Below, in pieces: positions 1-14,700 of a stretch of DNA of 64,000 nucleotides (positions are counted from its first letter, which is position 1; the number at the start of each line of letters is the position of its first letter). Under the pieces are notes generated by a model. That model was not told the origin of the DNA, made no database searches, and saw only the letters and a program-made list of their open reading frames with translations. The stretch lies in the NCBI RefSeq assembly GCF_009914755.1, contig NC_060938.1, one strand, 5' to 3'. The stretch comes from the human T2T-CHM13v2.0 reference genome, Homo sapiens. The translations under genes and the position numbers were made by a program.

Positions 1-1139
1 TTTCAATACATTCTTTCGCAAACAGATGTCACTTTATGTTTACAATTCTAGTACCCATATAAGTGTTGCATTCTTGCAACATATTAGCCAAGCTTTTTCT
101 TAATTCTTTCAGAAAATTTGCCATGTTTTACTAAATCTCAAGGAAAAGTTTATAACTCCTCCTGAGTCAATTCTTTTATAATAAAATGTCCCTTTGATTA
201 CATTCAAATTGAGATCTATTTCATTCAAACAATAAGCGTTAAGCTTGAAAAACCAGGTTAAAATAGTTCTGCCATAAAAAACAGGTAATAGATGATGTAA
301 CAAGAAAACTTAAGATTAAGGCAACTTTGTCCTTCCCGGATAATATTTTTAGGGAATATATAAGTACTCTGTTTCCAACAATTTACCTTATGCCCTAATT
401 TTAGCAAATGATAACTAAGAATGAATGGACTCTTATCCAAGTTCTTTAGGAGAGTTAATTTAATTTTGTTCAATTCCTAGCTAAGGTAATGTGGGCAGGA
501 TGTATCTTATTTTTAATGTATACTTACTTATTATAATTAAAATATTTCAAGAAATATTTTTCTGGACATGAAACATTCACTTTTGGCTTACCAAAGTATG
601 ATGGAGATTCTAATCTCATATTAACATTATGTAATCTCTTGTTTATTAGAAACTTCTACATGAAAAAAACAGTTTTAACTCAGGGTTCCAGACAATAAAA
701 CAATCTAGAATTAAAAGCTATTTGTATCTCTTTGTGTATAATCTTATATTTAAATAATTTAATTTGTGCTTATTGCAAATATAAATGTAATCCTCTTGGT
801 ATAAGAATAAAATTATATACAAAAGAATAAAGTAGAGAAAATAATTAACACAAAATATCTCAAATATAAAAGTAATCCATTTTTGTTTCTAAAAATTTTT
901 TTTTTGTGCAATATTGGAATTTCTAAGAACTGAGAGAACTAGGCAAAAATCTCTTACTATGGCTGAAAATCCATCTATTTGCTTAGTAAATCTGGATTTG
1001 AGTTATAATTGGATGCCTTTTCATCTCATCAATTAAAATTCATGGCTAGTATATCTTCATTATGATATCATTGAATACCAGTTAAGACTATGATGAATAC
1101 ATCTCAAATCTGTGGGCTAAAAATAAATTATTAATAAAG

Positions 1140-1725
1140 AACTTTGTGAGTACTTGGTAGTCATTTGGAAAAACAAGTTTTAATTCACATATGGTCTGCC
1201 AAGATAAACTTCACATAAATTAAAAAAAGTAAGACATAAATAAATAAAACCATACAATTAGTAGGAGGAAATCTGGCCAAATTACTTTATCACCTAGAAG
1301 TGGATAATGTAATTCTAACTAGGACTCAAAGTGCAAAAGACATTAAGAGAAAAAAATTGGTTTGATTGGCTAAAATTCAAAATTCCTACATTGACAAAGT
1401 CAAAATATATTAATGTATCAAAAGATATATTTGATAATTTATATTTATATAATTGATATAATTTATATTAAATATATCTTTTATAATTTATAACATAGAC
1501 AAAAAGCTAATTCGCTTAATATAAAACAAGCTAGGAATCCAGAAGAAAGAAAGTAGCCCAAGACAAAAATTCATAATCAACATTTAAGGAAGTTTATTGA
1601 AAGAAATATGAATAGCCTTCAACATGTAAAAACATTGTTCAACTTCAGTCATAATATGAGGAATAAAAATTAAAAGCACTAATATATAGTTTCTCACTTA
1701 TTAAATTGACAAAAATCCAAACATA
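1140..1725 (+). mobile_element. Ancient L1 (L1M/L1ME-type) ORF2 3' fragments
   Basis: Degenerate L1 ORF2 motifs (ggtagtcatttggaaaaa; aaatatgaatagcc...aaacattgttcaacttcagtcataat...aaattaaaagcac). Boundaries approximate. Confidence 0.55.
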
Positions 1726-2097
1726 AAGAAATTCTTCAAATAGAAAAGAATTCTCTAAAATGAATGAAGCTAACTATGCATCAAATTAGAAACTAAACTA
1801 CAGAAAGTATGTTTTACAAATAAGTCTGTAGTTTAATTTTGTATATATTTAGTAAGATATATTCTAAAAATCAAAAATAGACTTCAAAACATTTTAAGTT
1901 ATTTTGGATTTTTAATTTGTAACTTACTGGTACACACAAATCACTGCCTTTGTGCATTGTAAGAGGAAGTAAATAATACGTGAATTAATATTTTCAGCCA
2001 AGAAACATTCTAAAATCAAATGAGTTATACTATTTATTCAGCTAAAAGTTTACTGAAAGTATTATTAAAAACTCATAATTTCTGATATACATATTTT

Positions 2098-2154
2098 CTT
2101 CTTTTTAATTTCACTTTAATTTCTTGGATACATTTGCAGAACGTGAAGTTTCTT
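2098..2154 (-). mobile_element. Tiny 3'-terminal L1PA fragment with 15-bp TSD
   Basis: T-rich tail plus ttcttggatacatttgcagaacgtgaagtt (L1PA 3' end, antisense). Flanked by TGATAYACATATTTT at 2083-2097 and 2155-2169. Confidence 0.75.
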
Positions 2155-2681
2155 TGATACACATATTTTATTGTTCTGAACATTGAACTGGCCCAGAAAC
2201 TATATTTTCTTGCAATTATTTTCTTGAAATATGCATTTTAGACTTCAAAGCCATTTACAGCTAAAAATAACTAGGTTTTGGTAAGGAAAACATTTAGTAC
2301 TTAAAATATTTTATTGTTACTGAAAACAAATAACATTTTAAAGGTTAACAAAGCTGTGATAAAAAGACCCAGGATCCAACTTGAAAAAACAAAAACAGTG
2401 GAAAAAAAAAAGCATGCCAATTTGAGCATCAAACAAGTAATGACTTTAGTTAATTGAAACACATTGTTTATGAAAATCCATAAGTCTAAAATGATACTTC
2501 AAAAAGAGAAAGCCCGAAAAAGTATCATTCTCACCACCTAAGGGGATTTATAACCAAAGTTTTACTTTCGAGTATCATAATTAAAGGAGAAAAATTAACG
2601 TAGTCTGCCTTTGCAGTAGGAGTTATTTTTCATGATAACCAAACAGTTTAACCTATTAAAAAAGTTCTCTTTTAATAGCTT

Positions 2682-3080
2682 GTGAGAGCAAAAAATTAAA
2701 ATAATTGAATTTATGGGGTTAGATAGCAGAATACTGGTTCCCAGAGGGTAAGAAGAGTAGTTGAGAGGTGATGTAGGGAGTAGGGATGATTAATGTGTGC
2801 AAAAATATAATTGGATAGATTGAATAAGATCTAGTATTTGGTAGCAAATCAGGGTGACTACAGTCAACAATCATTTATTATGTATTTTAAAATAACTGAA
2901 AGAGTATAATTGGATTGTTTGTAGCACAAAGAAAGGGTAAATGTTTGAGGTGATGGATACCCCATTTAGCTTCATATAATTTTTACCCATTGGATGCCTG
3001 TATAAAAATATCTCATGTACACCATAAATACATACACATACTATGTACCCACAAAAGTTTTAAATTTAAAACTTAAAAAA
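2682..3080 (+). mobile_element. L1MA (L1MA2/3-like) 3' end
   Basis: gaataagatctagtatttggtagc...cagggtgactacagtcaacaa...tttgaggtgatggatacccc...ctatgtacccacaaaa followed by A-rich tail. Confidence 0.8.
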
Positions 3081-3153
3081 GTAGCTAACAAATACATATT
3101 CAAAGAACAACACAATTAGGAAACTATCAACATGCAACCCTAATAAAAATTTA

Positions 3154-3273
3154 AGCCTGGCACAGTGGCTCACACCTGTAATCCCAGCACATTAGAAGGC
3201 CAAGAGGGGAGGATTGTTTGAGCCCAGGAGTTGGAGACCAACATGAGTGATGTAGTTAAACATTGTCTATACA

Positions 3274-3324
<51 letters not shown>

Positions 3325-3484
3325 TAGCTAGGCATGGTGATGCATGCCTGTAGTCCCAGCTACTTAGGAGGCTGAGGTGGAGGATTGTTTGAGCCCAGAA
3401 AATTGAGGCTGTGAGCTATGGTTGCACCACTGCCCTCTGGCCTGGACTACAAAGCAAGACCCTGTCTCAAAAAAAAAAAAAAAA
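3154..3484 (+). mobile_element. AluJ with expanded (AAT)n in the middle linker
   Basis: Dimeric Alu with AluJ diagnostics (ggaggattgtttgagcccaggag, gaccctgtctc). (AAT)~17 at 3274-3323; poly(A) tail. Confidence 0.92.
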
Positions 3485-4244
3485 TTATTCATGCATGTTT
3501 TACTAATTGGAATGAAAATCACTAGGAAAATGGCTGATGTGGGCCTGGGCATTCATCTGAAGAACAGCATATAAACAAAGGAAGGATCATGTTGACCCAC
3601 TGTGGAATCATTGGTTAATCCTTAGTCGTATTAGTAGTAGGTCAACCAGATAGGGTGAGTCTCCTCATTTTAACTATACTATAAAAAAACTGTACATCAT
3701 TAATTATTTAAGGTTGCCAAATAATTTTAATTTGAATCTTACCAACACTTAGATATAACTTCCTGTTTCTAAGAAATAGCAAAGGCTTAATGAATTAGCT
3801 TCCTGTTTCTAAGAAATATAACTTCTTGTTTCTAAGAAATAGTAAAGGCTTAGTGAATTAACTAAATGACCGCCGGAAGAAACTATCACAGAAATTCAAA
3901 AATATGGGGCATTCTACAAGATTGTCCACATTAAAACAGGGCTGTTGTTACAGGACATTTCTAAATTAAAAGAGACATAAAGGATGTAACAAAAAGATAC
4001 AATCCATGATTCCGTATTAAACAAACCTACTAGTGTGAAGAACATATTGGGAATAACTATAGAAATGAACCGGCTTCTAGATGATAGTAAGGAATTATTG
4101 TAAATTATACATGATTATGTTATTTTTGTCTAAGAAGGAAATGGTTTTATATTTTGTAAAGTGAACATTAAATTATTCAGGGATAAAATGCTACATTTGC
4201 AGTAACTTTAAAATACCTAAGCTAATAATAATGATAATAACAAA

Positions 4245-4470
4245 GCTACTAGAGCCAGATTAAGTGCTTTCAAATTGTGAACTTTGTAGCTGTGTGGCTT
4301 CAAATATGTTACTGAACCACTCTGATATTCTTTTGCTCACTGTTGAAATGGGGCATAAATAATACTTCCTATCTCAATAAGCTTTTTTTTTTTCAGATTT
4401 AGCTTATAGATGTAAAGCACTGAAAAACAGTACCTGACATGTAGAAAGCAAAATATAAGCATCCACTATT
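4245..4470 (+). mobile_element. MIR SINE
   Basis: MIR core (tagctgtgtggcttc...aaatgggg...taatacttcct) and 3' part (tgtaaagcac...cagtacctgacatgtag). Confidence 0.7.
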
Positions 4471-5754
4471 GTAGTGTACTCTAGTGCTCGTCTTTATGAA
4501 TAAAGGGTTTGGTCTTAAGTTCAATAGGTGCCTATTTCTTGAAAATAGGACGAGCAGATTCTTATTAACCCATTTCCTGTCTACCCAGGTCATAATTGAG
4601 TTCCTTAACAGAACATAGGATTTGGTTGTTTAAATGATCTTTTTAGCCATCATTTGCTGGTAGGTTAGGAAGAAGCATGTGCCTTCTATAAGCGGAGACT
4701 GTATCTCTACTCAACTTGTAAATTCACCGAAACCTTTATGATGGGTCTTTTTCTCCAAAGTAGAGACCTATACTTTCTTGTGGAGTTCAAAGCTTAACAT
4801 TGTTTTTTCTTTTTTAAGGTAAATCAATCACTGCACTAATAAATCAGCTTAAAGAATGTCCTTTTAAATTATAGGTTTTTTGGATTGCTGTACCACGCAT
4901 ATTTTCTTTTGACTCAGTGGCCTTTATTCGCCACTGCTATCTCTTGCCTTATGTAGCTACATGATTTTCCATCTTTCCTATAAAAGCAAAGAAAATGTTG
5001 TATAATTTTCTCACTGGAAGGTTTTTATACATGTTACACACTCTGAGCACTGACAGAATTAATATTTGAATGCCTAGAAGGTGTTGGGAACACAGATGAT
5101 CAAGAGGGCAACTTGCTGTAGCAGGCATGAGTCAGTGTAATCAGAAGACATACAATTTGAGGTTTCTCATTCAGATAAGAGGGACAAGAGTGGAACTTGT
5201 GTCTGAAATTCTGGCTACTTGGAGTGCTTCCCAAGAGGCTGATATCTGTCTCTCCTGACTTAGGGAACTGACAGGGGGCTGAGATACTTTTGATGCCTGG
5301 TTGCTGCTGAGACCAAAAGAGGGAAGGGCAACTTGCTACCATAGAACCAGAGAACTTGAGTATCTGGTGCAGGCAAACACCAGAGGGGGCAAGAGAGTAA
5401 AAGCTCCTGTCAAGCCTCTCAGAAATTTGCATGCACAGGCTCAAAGAAATTGCATCTCATCTGCAAAGGTTTCAGATGCTCCCAGAATCTTTAGCCAGGC
5501 TGATTCATGAAGGTCTTCCACTGTACAAAGCCTGTTTATAAAGACAAGTAGAGGAGGCTATTTTTTTCAGATGAATAAATCCTAACAGAAAGTTCTAAAA
5601 TAACACAAAGAAAGGGAGAAACATGGTCCTAGCAAAGGACCAAAATAAGTCTCCGGAAAACAAGGCTTAAAAAAACAGAGGTATATGAATTAGTTGATAT
5701 GAATTCAAGATAGCCATCCTAAAGATTTTCAAGAGCTAAAACTTGCATGAGGAA

Positions 5755-7278
<1,524 letters not shown>

Positions 7279-9354
7279 AAATAATACAATAACTGACTAA
7301 AAACTTCACTAAGGAAGTTGAACAACCTACTTGATCAAGCAGAAGTAAGAATCAGCAAACTTGAAGATATGTCATTTGAAATTATTAGCTCAGAGGAATA
7401 AAAAGAAAAAAGAATGCAAAGAGTGAGAAAAGCATATGAGACTATGCAACACCATTATTAATAGAATGAAGAATAAAAACACATAATCATCTCAATAAAT
7501 ACAGAAAAACCGTTTGATAAAATTTAATACACTATTATGATAAAAATCCTTAACAAATTAGGAACTTACCTCAACACAATAAACCCAGATATGACAAGCT
7601 CACAGCTAACATCATATTAAACAGTAGAAAACTGAAAACTTTTTCTTTAGTATCTGGAACAAAGCAAGGATGTCCGGTCTTACCAGTTCCTTCAACATAA
7701 TACTAGGAAATCCTAGCCAGTGCAATTAGGCTAGAAAAAGAAATAAAAGACTTCCAAATAGGAAAGGAAGAACTAACAGTACACTATGAATAAAACCCTA
7801 AAGACTATACACACACACAATCTATCAGAACTAATAAACAAATTCAGTAAAGTTGCAAAATCAATGTAAAAATCAGTTGCATTTTTATATACCAAGAATG
7901 AGCTCTCAAAAAAGAAGCTATTATATTTACAATAGCCCCAAAAAGAATAAAATATTGAGGGATAAACCTAACAATATTAGAGGTTTCTATGCTGAAAACT
8001 ATAAAACACTAATGAAAAAATTAGACATGCGTAAATGAAAAGACATCCTTTATTCGTGAATAGGAAGAATTAGTATTGTGAAAGTGTTCATTCTAACCAA
8101 GGAAAACCACAGATTTGGTGCAATCTTTATCAAAATCCTAAGACTTTTTTTTTACAGAAATAGAAAAACCAATCCTAAAATCCATATGCTACCTCAAAAA
8201 ACCTTGATTAGCCAAAGCAGTTTTGAGCAGGAGGAAAAAGCTAGAGGTATCACACTTTCTGATTTCAAAACATGTTATAAAACTTTAGTAATCAAAACAA
8301 AACAATGTGGCACTCGCATAAAAGTAGAGCAATGGAATAGAATAGAACTCCCAGAAATAAATCTACTTATCCTAGTTAACTATTCTTCGACAAGGGTAAG
8401 AAGAATACACAATGGGAAAAAGATAGTCTATTCAAAAAATAGAGGTGGGAAATGTGAATATCCAGAAGAAAAAGAATGAAATTGAGTTCTTATTTTACAT
8501 AATATACAAAAATTAACAATATGGATTAAAGACTTGAATGTAAAGTCTGGAACAGTCAAACTCCTAGAAGAAACCATTGGAGACTCAATATGGATTAAAG
8601 ACTTGAGTGTAAGATCAGGAACAGTAAAACTGCTAGAAAAAAGCATAGGAGAAATGTTCTTGACTTTAGTCTCAACAATACTTTCTTTGCTATGACATCA
8701 AAAGCACAAGCAACAAGAGTAAAAATAGAATACAGAATTCTATCAAACTATGCCTCTGTGCAACAAAGAAATCAACAGAATGAAAAGGCAACCTATGAAA
8801 TAGGAAAAAAAATTTGCAAACCTTATATCTAATAAGGGGTTAATATTCCAAATATATAAGGAACTCCTACAACTCAATAGCAAAGAAACAAATAACCCAA
8901 CTTAAAATGGGGCAAGGAAACTGAATAGCTGTTTCTCCAAAGAAGGCATACAAATGGTCAAAAAGTATATGAAAAAATGCATAGCTATTCGTCATAGAAA
9001 TGCGAATCAAAACCAGAAAGAGATATCACCTCACATCTTTTAGGATGGCTATTATTTTTAAAAATATAACAAGAATTGGTGAGGTTGTGGAAAAAATGGA
9101 ATCTTTGTACACTGTAGTTGGGAATGTGAAATGGTGTAGCCAAAATGAAAAACAGTATGAAGGTCCATCAGAAGTTATAAATAGAACTAATATTTGATTA
9201 AGCAATCTTAATTCTAGGTATATAGCCAAAGGAGTTGCAATCATGATCTCAAAGAGATATCTATATTCCTATATTCAGTGCAGCATTATATACATAGCTA
9301 AGATAGGGAAGCATCCCAAATGTTCATTAACAGGTGAATGGATAAAGAAAACAT

Positions 9355-9356
<2 letters not shown>

Positions 9357-9405
<49 letters not shown>
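9357..9405. repeat. (TA)n microsatellite
   Basis: About 24 uninterrupted TA units. Confidence 0.97.
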
Positions 9406-9408
<3 letters not shown>

Positions 9409-10129
9409 ATGAAGTATTATTCAGCCATTTAGAAAGAAGAAAATCCATCCATTTGCAGGAGCATGTGTGGACTGGGTAGGTATTGTGCTATATAAAATAA
9501 GTCAGTCACAAAAAGACAAATACTGCATGATTCCTCTTACATGAGGCATCTAGAATATTTAAAATATAGAAGTAGACAATATAATATTGGTTACCAGAGG
9601 ATGGAGACAGGAGATGGGGAGTTGTTCAATTGGTGTAAAGTTGGAGTTATACAAGATGAGTAAGTTCCAGAGATCTGCTGTACAACATAGTGCCTATAGT
9701 TAACAGTAAGGTATTATGCACTTAAAAATATGTTGAGTATATATTTCACGGTAAGTGTTTGAAACGCAAAACAACAACAAAAATAACAAAGGGACACAAA
9801 AAAAACTTTTTAAGGTGGTGGATATTTTTATTACCTTGATTATGGTGATGGTAGCATGAGTATACACGTGTCCAAACTCACCAAATTGTATACATTAACT
9901 ATGTGCAACTTTCATATACCAATTATGCCACGGCACACCTAGAAAGAAAACAAAAAAGCAAAACAGAAAAAAGAAAACTACTGAAAAAAAATGTTAAAAA
10001 GGAATTTCTCGGTAATATACTACCTCTTCAGTGAGCTTTCGTGGTTTTTGTCTTTCAAGGAATTTGTCCATTTTAATTAAATTGTCAAATCTGTAGGCAA
10101 AATGAAAAGAAAGAAAACGTGGTACAGGT

Positions 10130-10172
10130 AGATAAATGGATGATAGATAGATAATAGAGATAGATGATAGAC

Positions 10173-10215
<43 letters not shown>
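10130..10215. repeat. (GATA)n tetranucleotide microsatellite
   Basis: Compound GATA/GACA array. Confidence 0.95.
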
Positions 10216-10224
10216 GTATATATA

Positions 10225-10640
10225 TAATGGACTATATAATATGTGACATAGCATATATAATGGAATATTATTCATCCATAAAAAGAAGGAGATCCTCTTG
10301 TATGCTACAGCATGGATAAACCTTTAGGACATCATGTTAAGTGAAATAAGTCATTCACTGAAGGACAAATACTACATGATTCCACTTATACTAGATATCT
10401 AAAGAAAGTAGTCAAACTCATAAAGAGAGAAAATAGAATCATTGTTGCCAGGCCTGGGTCGGGGAGAAAGGGAAGTTACTATTCAATGAGTACAGAGTTT
10501 CAGTCATGCAAGATAGAAAAAAAGTTCTAGACATCTGCTTCATAAAATTTTTCTTATAGTTACCAATACTGTACTGCACTAAAAGATTTCTTAAGTGGCG
10601 AGATCTCATGATATATGTTTTTTACCAAGATTAAAACAAA
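10225..10640 (+). mobile_element. L1MB 3' end
   Basis: aatggaatattattcatccataaaaagaagg...gacatcatgttaagtgaaataag...gaaggacaaatactacatgattccacttata and 3'UTR. Confidence 0.8.
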
Positions 10641-11762
10641 AAGAGCCAAGCAAAATAATTTGGGTTATACATTATTTTTTAGTTTTGTTTTATTCACTTG
10701 CAGTCAAGCGCTACAGAGCTATTCCCTTTGTTACTTTTTAATTTGCTAAATTATTCAGATGTGGAGATGGTGGTGCAAAAACAAGCTAGTTTCCAAGAAA
10801 TAATAAAGAGTAGATCTACATTCTTACATTTTAAGAATTTGGGGTCCTTCATCTGCTCCCATGCAAATACTGAAAATCTCATTTATTTTATCAGATAATA
10901 AAAGGCCTCCCAAAAAACAGAGTGTACTTTTCCCCTAATGCTTTGACAAAATATCAAGGAAAGTAAAATAAAAGATGAAATGAATGAAAATACATTAAAA
11001 CTTGTGTATATTTGTGGCACTAGATTTTAATTGTTCTTTGCATAATACTTTAAAATTCCTAAATACTTTATTCACTTGAATATTTATCATTGAAAACATG
11101 AACGGAGATTTGAACTCTTCTGTAGGTTTTATATAGGATTTAAGTAAAGGACTATTGAGAATGCCTTCCCATCTTCTACATGTTACTTTTACTGAAAATT
11201 AGCATCTTCCTTATGAAGTTCCCCCAGGTGAGGGAAATGCTATGATTTCCACATTGTTTTTCAGCATTTAGAACTGTGCCTGCTAATGAATAGGCATTCG
11301 ATATATGCTTTAAAATAAAATATTAAATGTTGAACAAACGAGAGAATCTAAAAACAGCAGTAAACATAAAGACACACTCAGTAAATTCTGATCAACATTT
11401 TAATCCCGTGTTTCCTCTGACATATGAAGAATCTCTTTATTTACTATGGCTTGTTTAGAATTCACTGGAGTATCTGAAAGCAAGCATTAACTTTTTAAGA
11501 ATTCTTAAGTAGAGACATTTTTGCTTTAGTGAGTGGGCCCTGAACAGAACAATTCCAGAATAACTATTAGACCCAAGCATATGCTGTGATAATCTCTGTT
11601 ATTAACCTTGTATGATTAATGGAATCAAAATTTAAACATTTTATAGATCGTTTCAAAATGTCTGAAAACTTAAATAAAAGTTTCAATATAAATGCCAAGC
11701 ATTTTTAATGACTCATACTCAAGTCAATGATGATGAAATGACAAATACATGTATGTGTGCTT

Positions 11763-11790
11763 ACACACACACACACACACACACACACAC
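11763..11790. repeat. (CA)n microsatellite
   Basis: About 14 AC units. Confidence 0.95.
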
Positions 11791-14700
11791 GAAGAAAAAC
11801 ATAATTTTGAGAACATAGTGGCAATAATGCAGTTTCAGAGATAATAGATAATATGTAGTGATTCAACTTCCAAGTAATGTATTTCTATCTTCATTTTCCA
11901 TTTATTTTTCCCAAATTCATGATCCAATGTACAATATTAGTTCATAGTGAAAATACATAATAATACATCTTGCTAATAATATAGTAGTAATATTATCGAG
12001 ATGGAATATAATCTTAATTTATCATTATTATAGACCAATTAAGATAATTATATGACTTTTTCTGGCATCTGCCTGTAAGAATTGAAGCTAGAATCAGAAA
12101 TGACCTGCTGCAACATATATATGCTATATAAATATGCAAACCAAATTATATGTTGTAGCTGTGCTTTAGAAATCTCTTGAAACTCTATTCACTTCCTGTA
12201 ATAGCTAGATAAAATTGTGTAGGTTTTCATCATTCATTGTTGATGTCTTTCCATGAAAATGTCAACAGTGTGCCCCCCACCCCAGCCAATAAGTTGCATT
12301 TATCAAGAGATCAGTTAAACTGTTTCTTCAAGTAAGAGGATAGCAGTAGTGTCAAATACTTTCTGCTACTAAGAAGATAGTATTTTTTGCTATTTAAAAA
12401 AACCCATAGCCTTCATTTATCTTTTAATGTTAATCAAAATCTTTACAATAGTCATGAAAGCTAGGAAATAGTTAATACATAAATCACTCCTTTCCCAGCC
12501 CTGCAAGATTTTTATTTCTCTTACAACACTTCAATCATATCAGTGTGTCATCGTCAACCACTAGAAGTTCATGAAAATGCAAAGGCTTAAATCATTTGGT
12601 TCTAAATCATAATGTGATATGACCTTGTCAATCTTTTCAAAGAAATTTATATTCTTCAAGAATTTTCAGCAGATTTTTTTACAGTTTCGGAAAGAATTAA
12701 TGGTGACTGGCACTGAAATAGCTTTGCAAGAAGGCAACAAATAAAGAACTTGGCTCATAATTGAGATTAATATCACAGTGTTCTACTCTAGGTATTCGAC
12801 ATCTAGCCTCAGCCTTTGAGAGTTTGTCCAATATTTGATTGAGCCACAGGGAACAGCATATCACGTACTCTTTGCTGAACTGCTGTTCTCAATGACTCAC
12901 TTTCAAATACCTTTGAAGTTCTATAGCACTCAATGTTTTGCAAATGAGTCATACATTATAAGTTTCGAAAGTGATTTGGTGGGAATTAAGCATAAATATT
13001 TTGTGCCACTCAAGCCGATTTCCTTCATGATAACCCATTTCCTTTACGACAACTAAGCCAGTCATAAAGATTTCAGAATACATAAACCCAATGTACACTA
13101 TGGTTCAATAGCTGCTGATTTTATTATTGCATTCTTTATGCTGTGAATGTGGAGTTTTGAGAAATTTTTAAAAGTATAATATATTTATAATGTGGAATTC
13201 AAGACTGTGCTTGACCTAAATTAATACATTTATATTAAATTATTGAGGCTAAGTATGCAATACTAATATCTTTTGTTTTCTATTACATTTGGAAAGCTTA
13301 TATTTACATGGTAGAAACATTAGCACAACTCTTCAATCTGAGAATAGAAAATTTATTCTATAAACAGAATTTTAATTAATTTGTAGTTCTTCTTATTTTT
13401 CAAAATATATCTCACCTCAATGCTTCAAATTTTCTTATATTTCTTATATACCCAAGAATCTTTTGTACACATTACATGCTGAATAAATGTTTGCTATATT
13501 AGCCCATAAAAAATCATTCATGGACAAAAAAAGCATTTCAAATGCAGATTATGTGCAATACTGTTAAGGAAACATTATTAATATGTTATGAAATAAATCA
13601 ATGCTAATCTTTATAACTAAAAATATAGATTTTATAAATTAATATAATACATAATTAATATGATATAAATACTTTCTGAGAAGTATTTCTCAGAAAGATC
13701 CATGAATGATTATTCTTTTATAAGTGGTATGTAGCTGTTGAATAAATTCCTGCATAATTTTGGATTTATAAAGTTATAAGTATAAAGATATTCACTTTTA
13801 TTTTAAAACTGAATACACTTATTAATCCTTTTGAAATTATAATGTATCACTTAATCTGTTGGGTATGTTGAACCTTGGGCTTGTGTGTGTGTGTGTAGTG
13901 TGTTTTGTGTTTATACTCTATATGTAAATGTATATATATGAAGTTCGTATTTTAAATTTGCATTTATATTCCTTTTTATGTGCCAAGATTATTTATTAAA
14001 TCATCTTTCAATTCAATCACCAATAGTTCAACAGGCTCACAAACTTTTAATGTTAAAAGTTGACAGGTTCGTTAGTCATGTTGCTGGGATAATACAAGCT
14101 ACAATCTGAAACCTGTCATAATAATCATACATTGTGGACATTTGTTGTATAGTAATAAAAGAATCAAGCTGAGATATATTGTCATACCTTACAATAAAAC
14201 AGAAGAAAATAAATAAAATAATTTTTTATAATTGTGCTTTTTCTTGGAATATAAAAATCTAGATTGCCATTAATATCAAAGAAAGTATATCTTGACATGG
14301 AAATATTAATTAATATATAATTAATAAATACTGATATTATAAACTGCTCTGGATGAGTCATCAACTCTTTAATATAAAGTTATCACAGGATTATGTACAG
14401 TTAGACTGTAATTTTCACTGTAAAATAGGAATTCAAAATAAATATAAGCATTATGAGCTTGAATTTTCAAGAAGTATTTATGAACCATTCTCCTAACCCT
14501 GTAGATTAAAATCTGTGCTCCTAAACCTGTAGATTAGAAGATCTCTGGATCCAATGAAAAGCTATTAAGGTGTGAGGGACAGCCTAAACAAAAATTTAAA
14601 AATTAGGCAATATGATATATGTAATAATAAGATGATTGATTAATAGAAAAATATAAATGTTGAGTATTGGTCCTTGGACTCAATAAGGTTCTAAGACAAT

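Noticed and set aside
14182-14364. Minus-strand ORF ending at a strong donor (AAG|GTATGA near 14188) as a host exon
   Set aside because: AT-rich peptide with no recognisable homology, no convincing acceptor and no partner exons.
14490-14539. Direct repeat CTCCTAAMCCTGTAGATTARAA (period 28) as a CRISPR-like or regulatory array
   Set aside because: Only two copies; ordinary local duplication in primate DNA.
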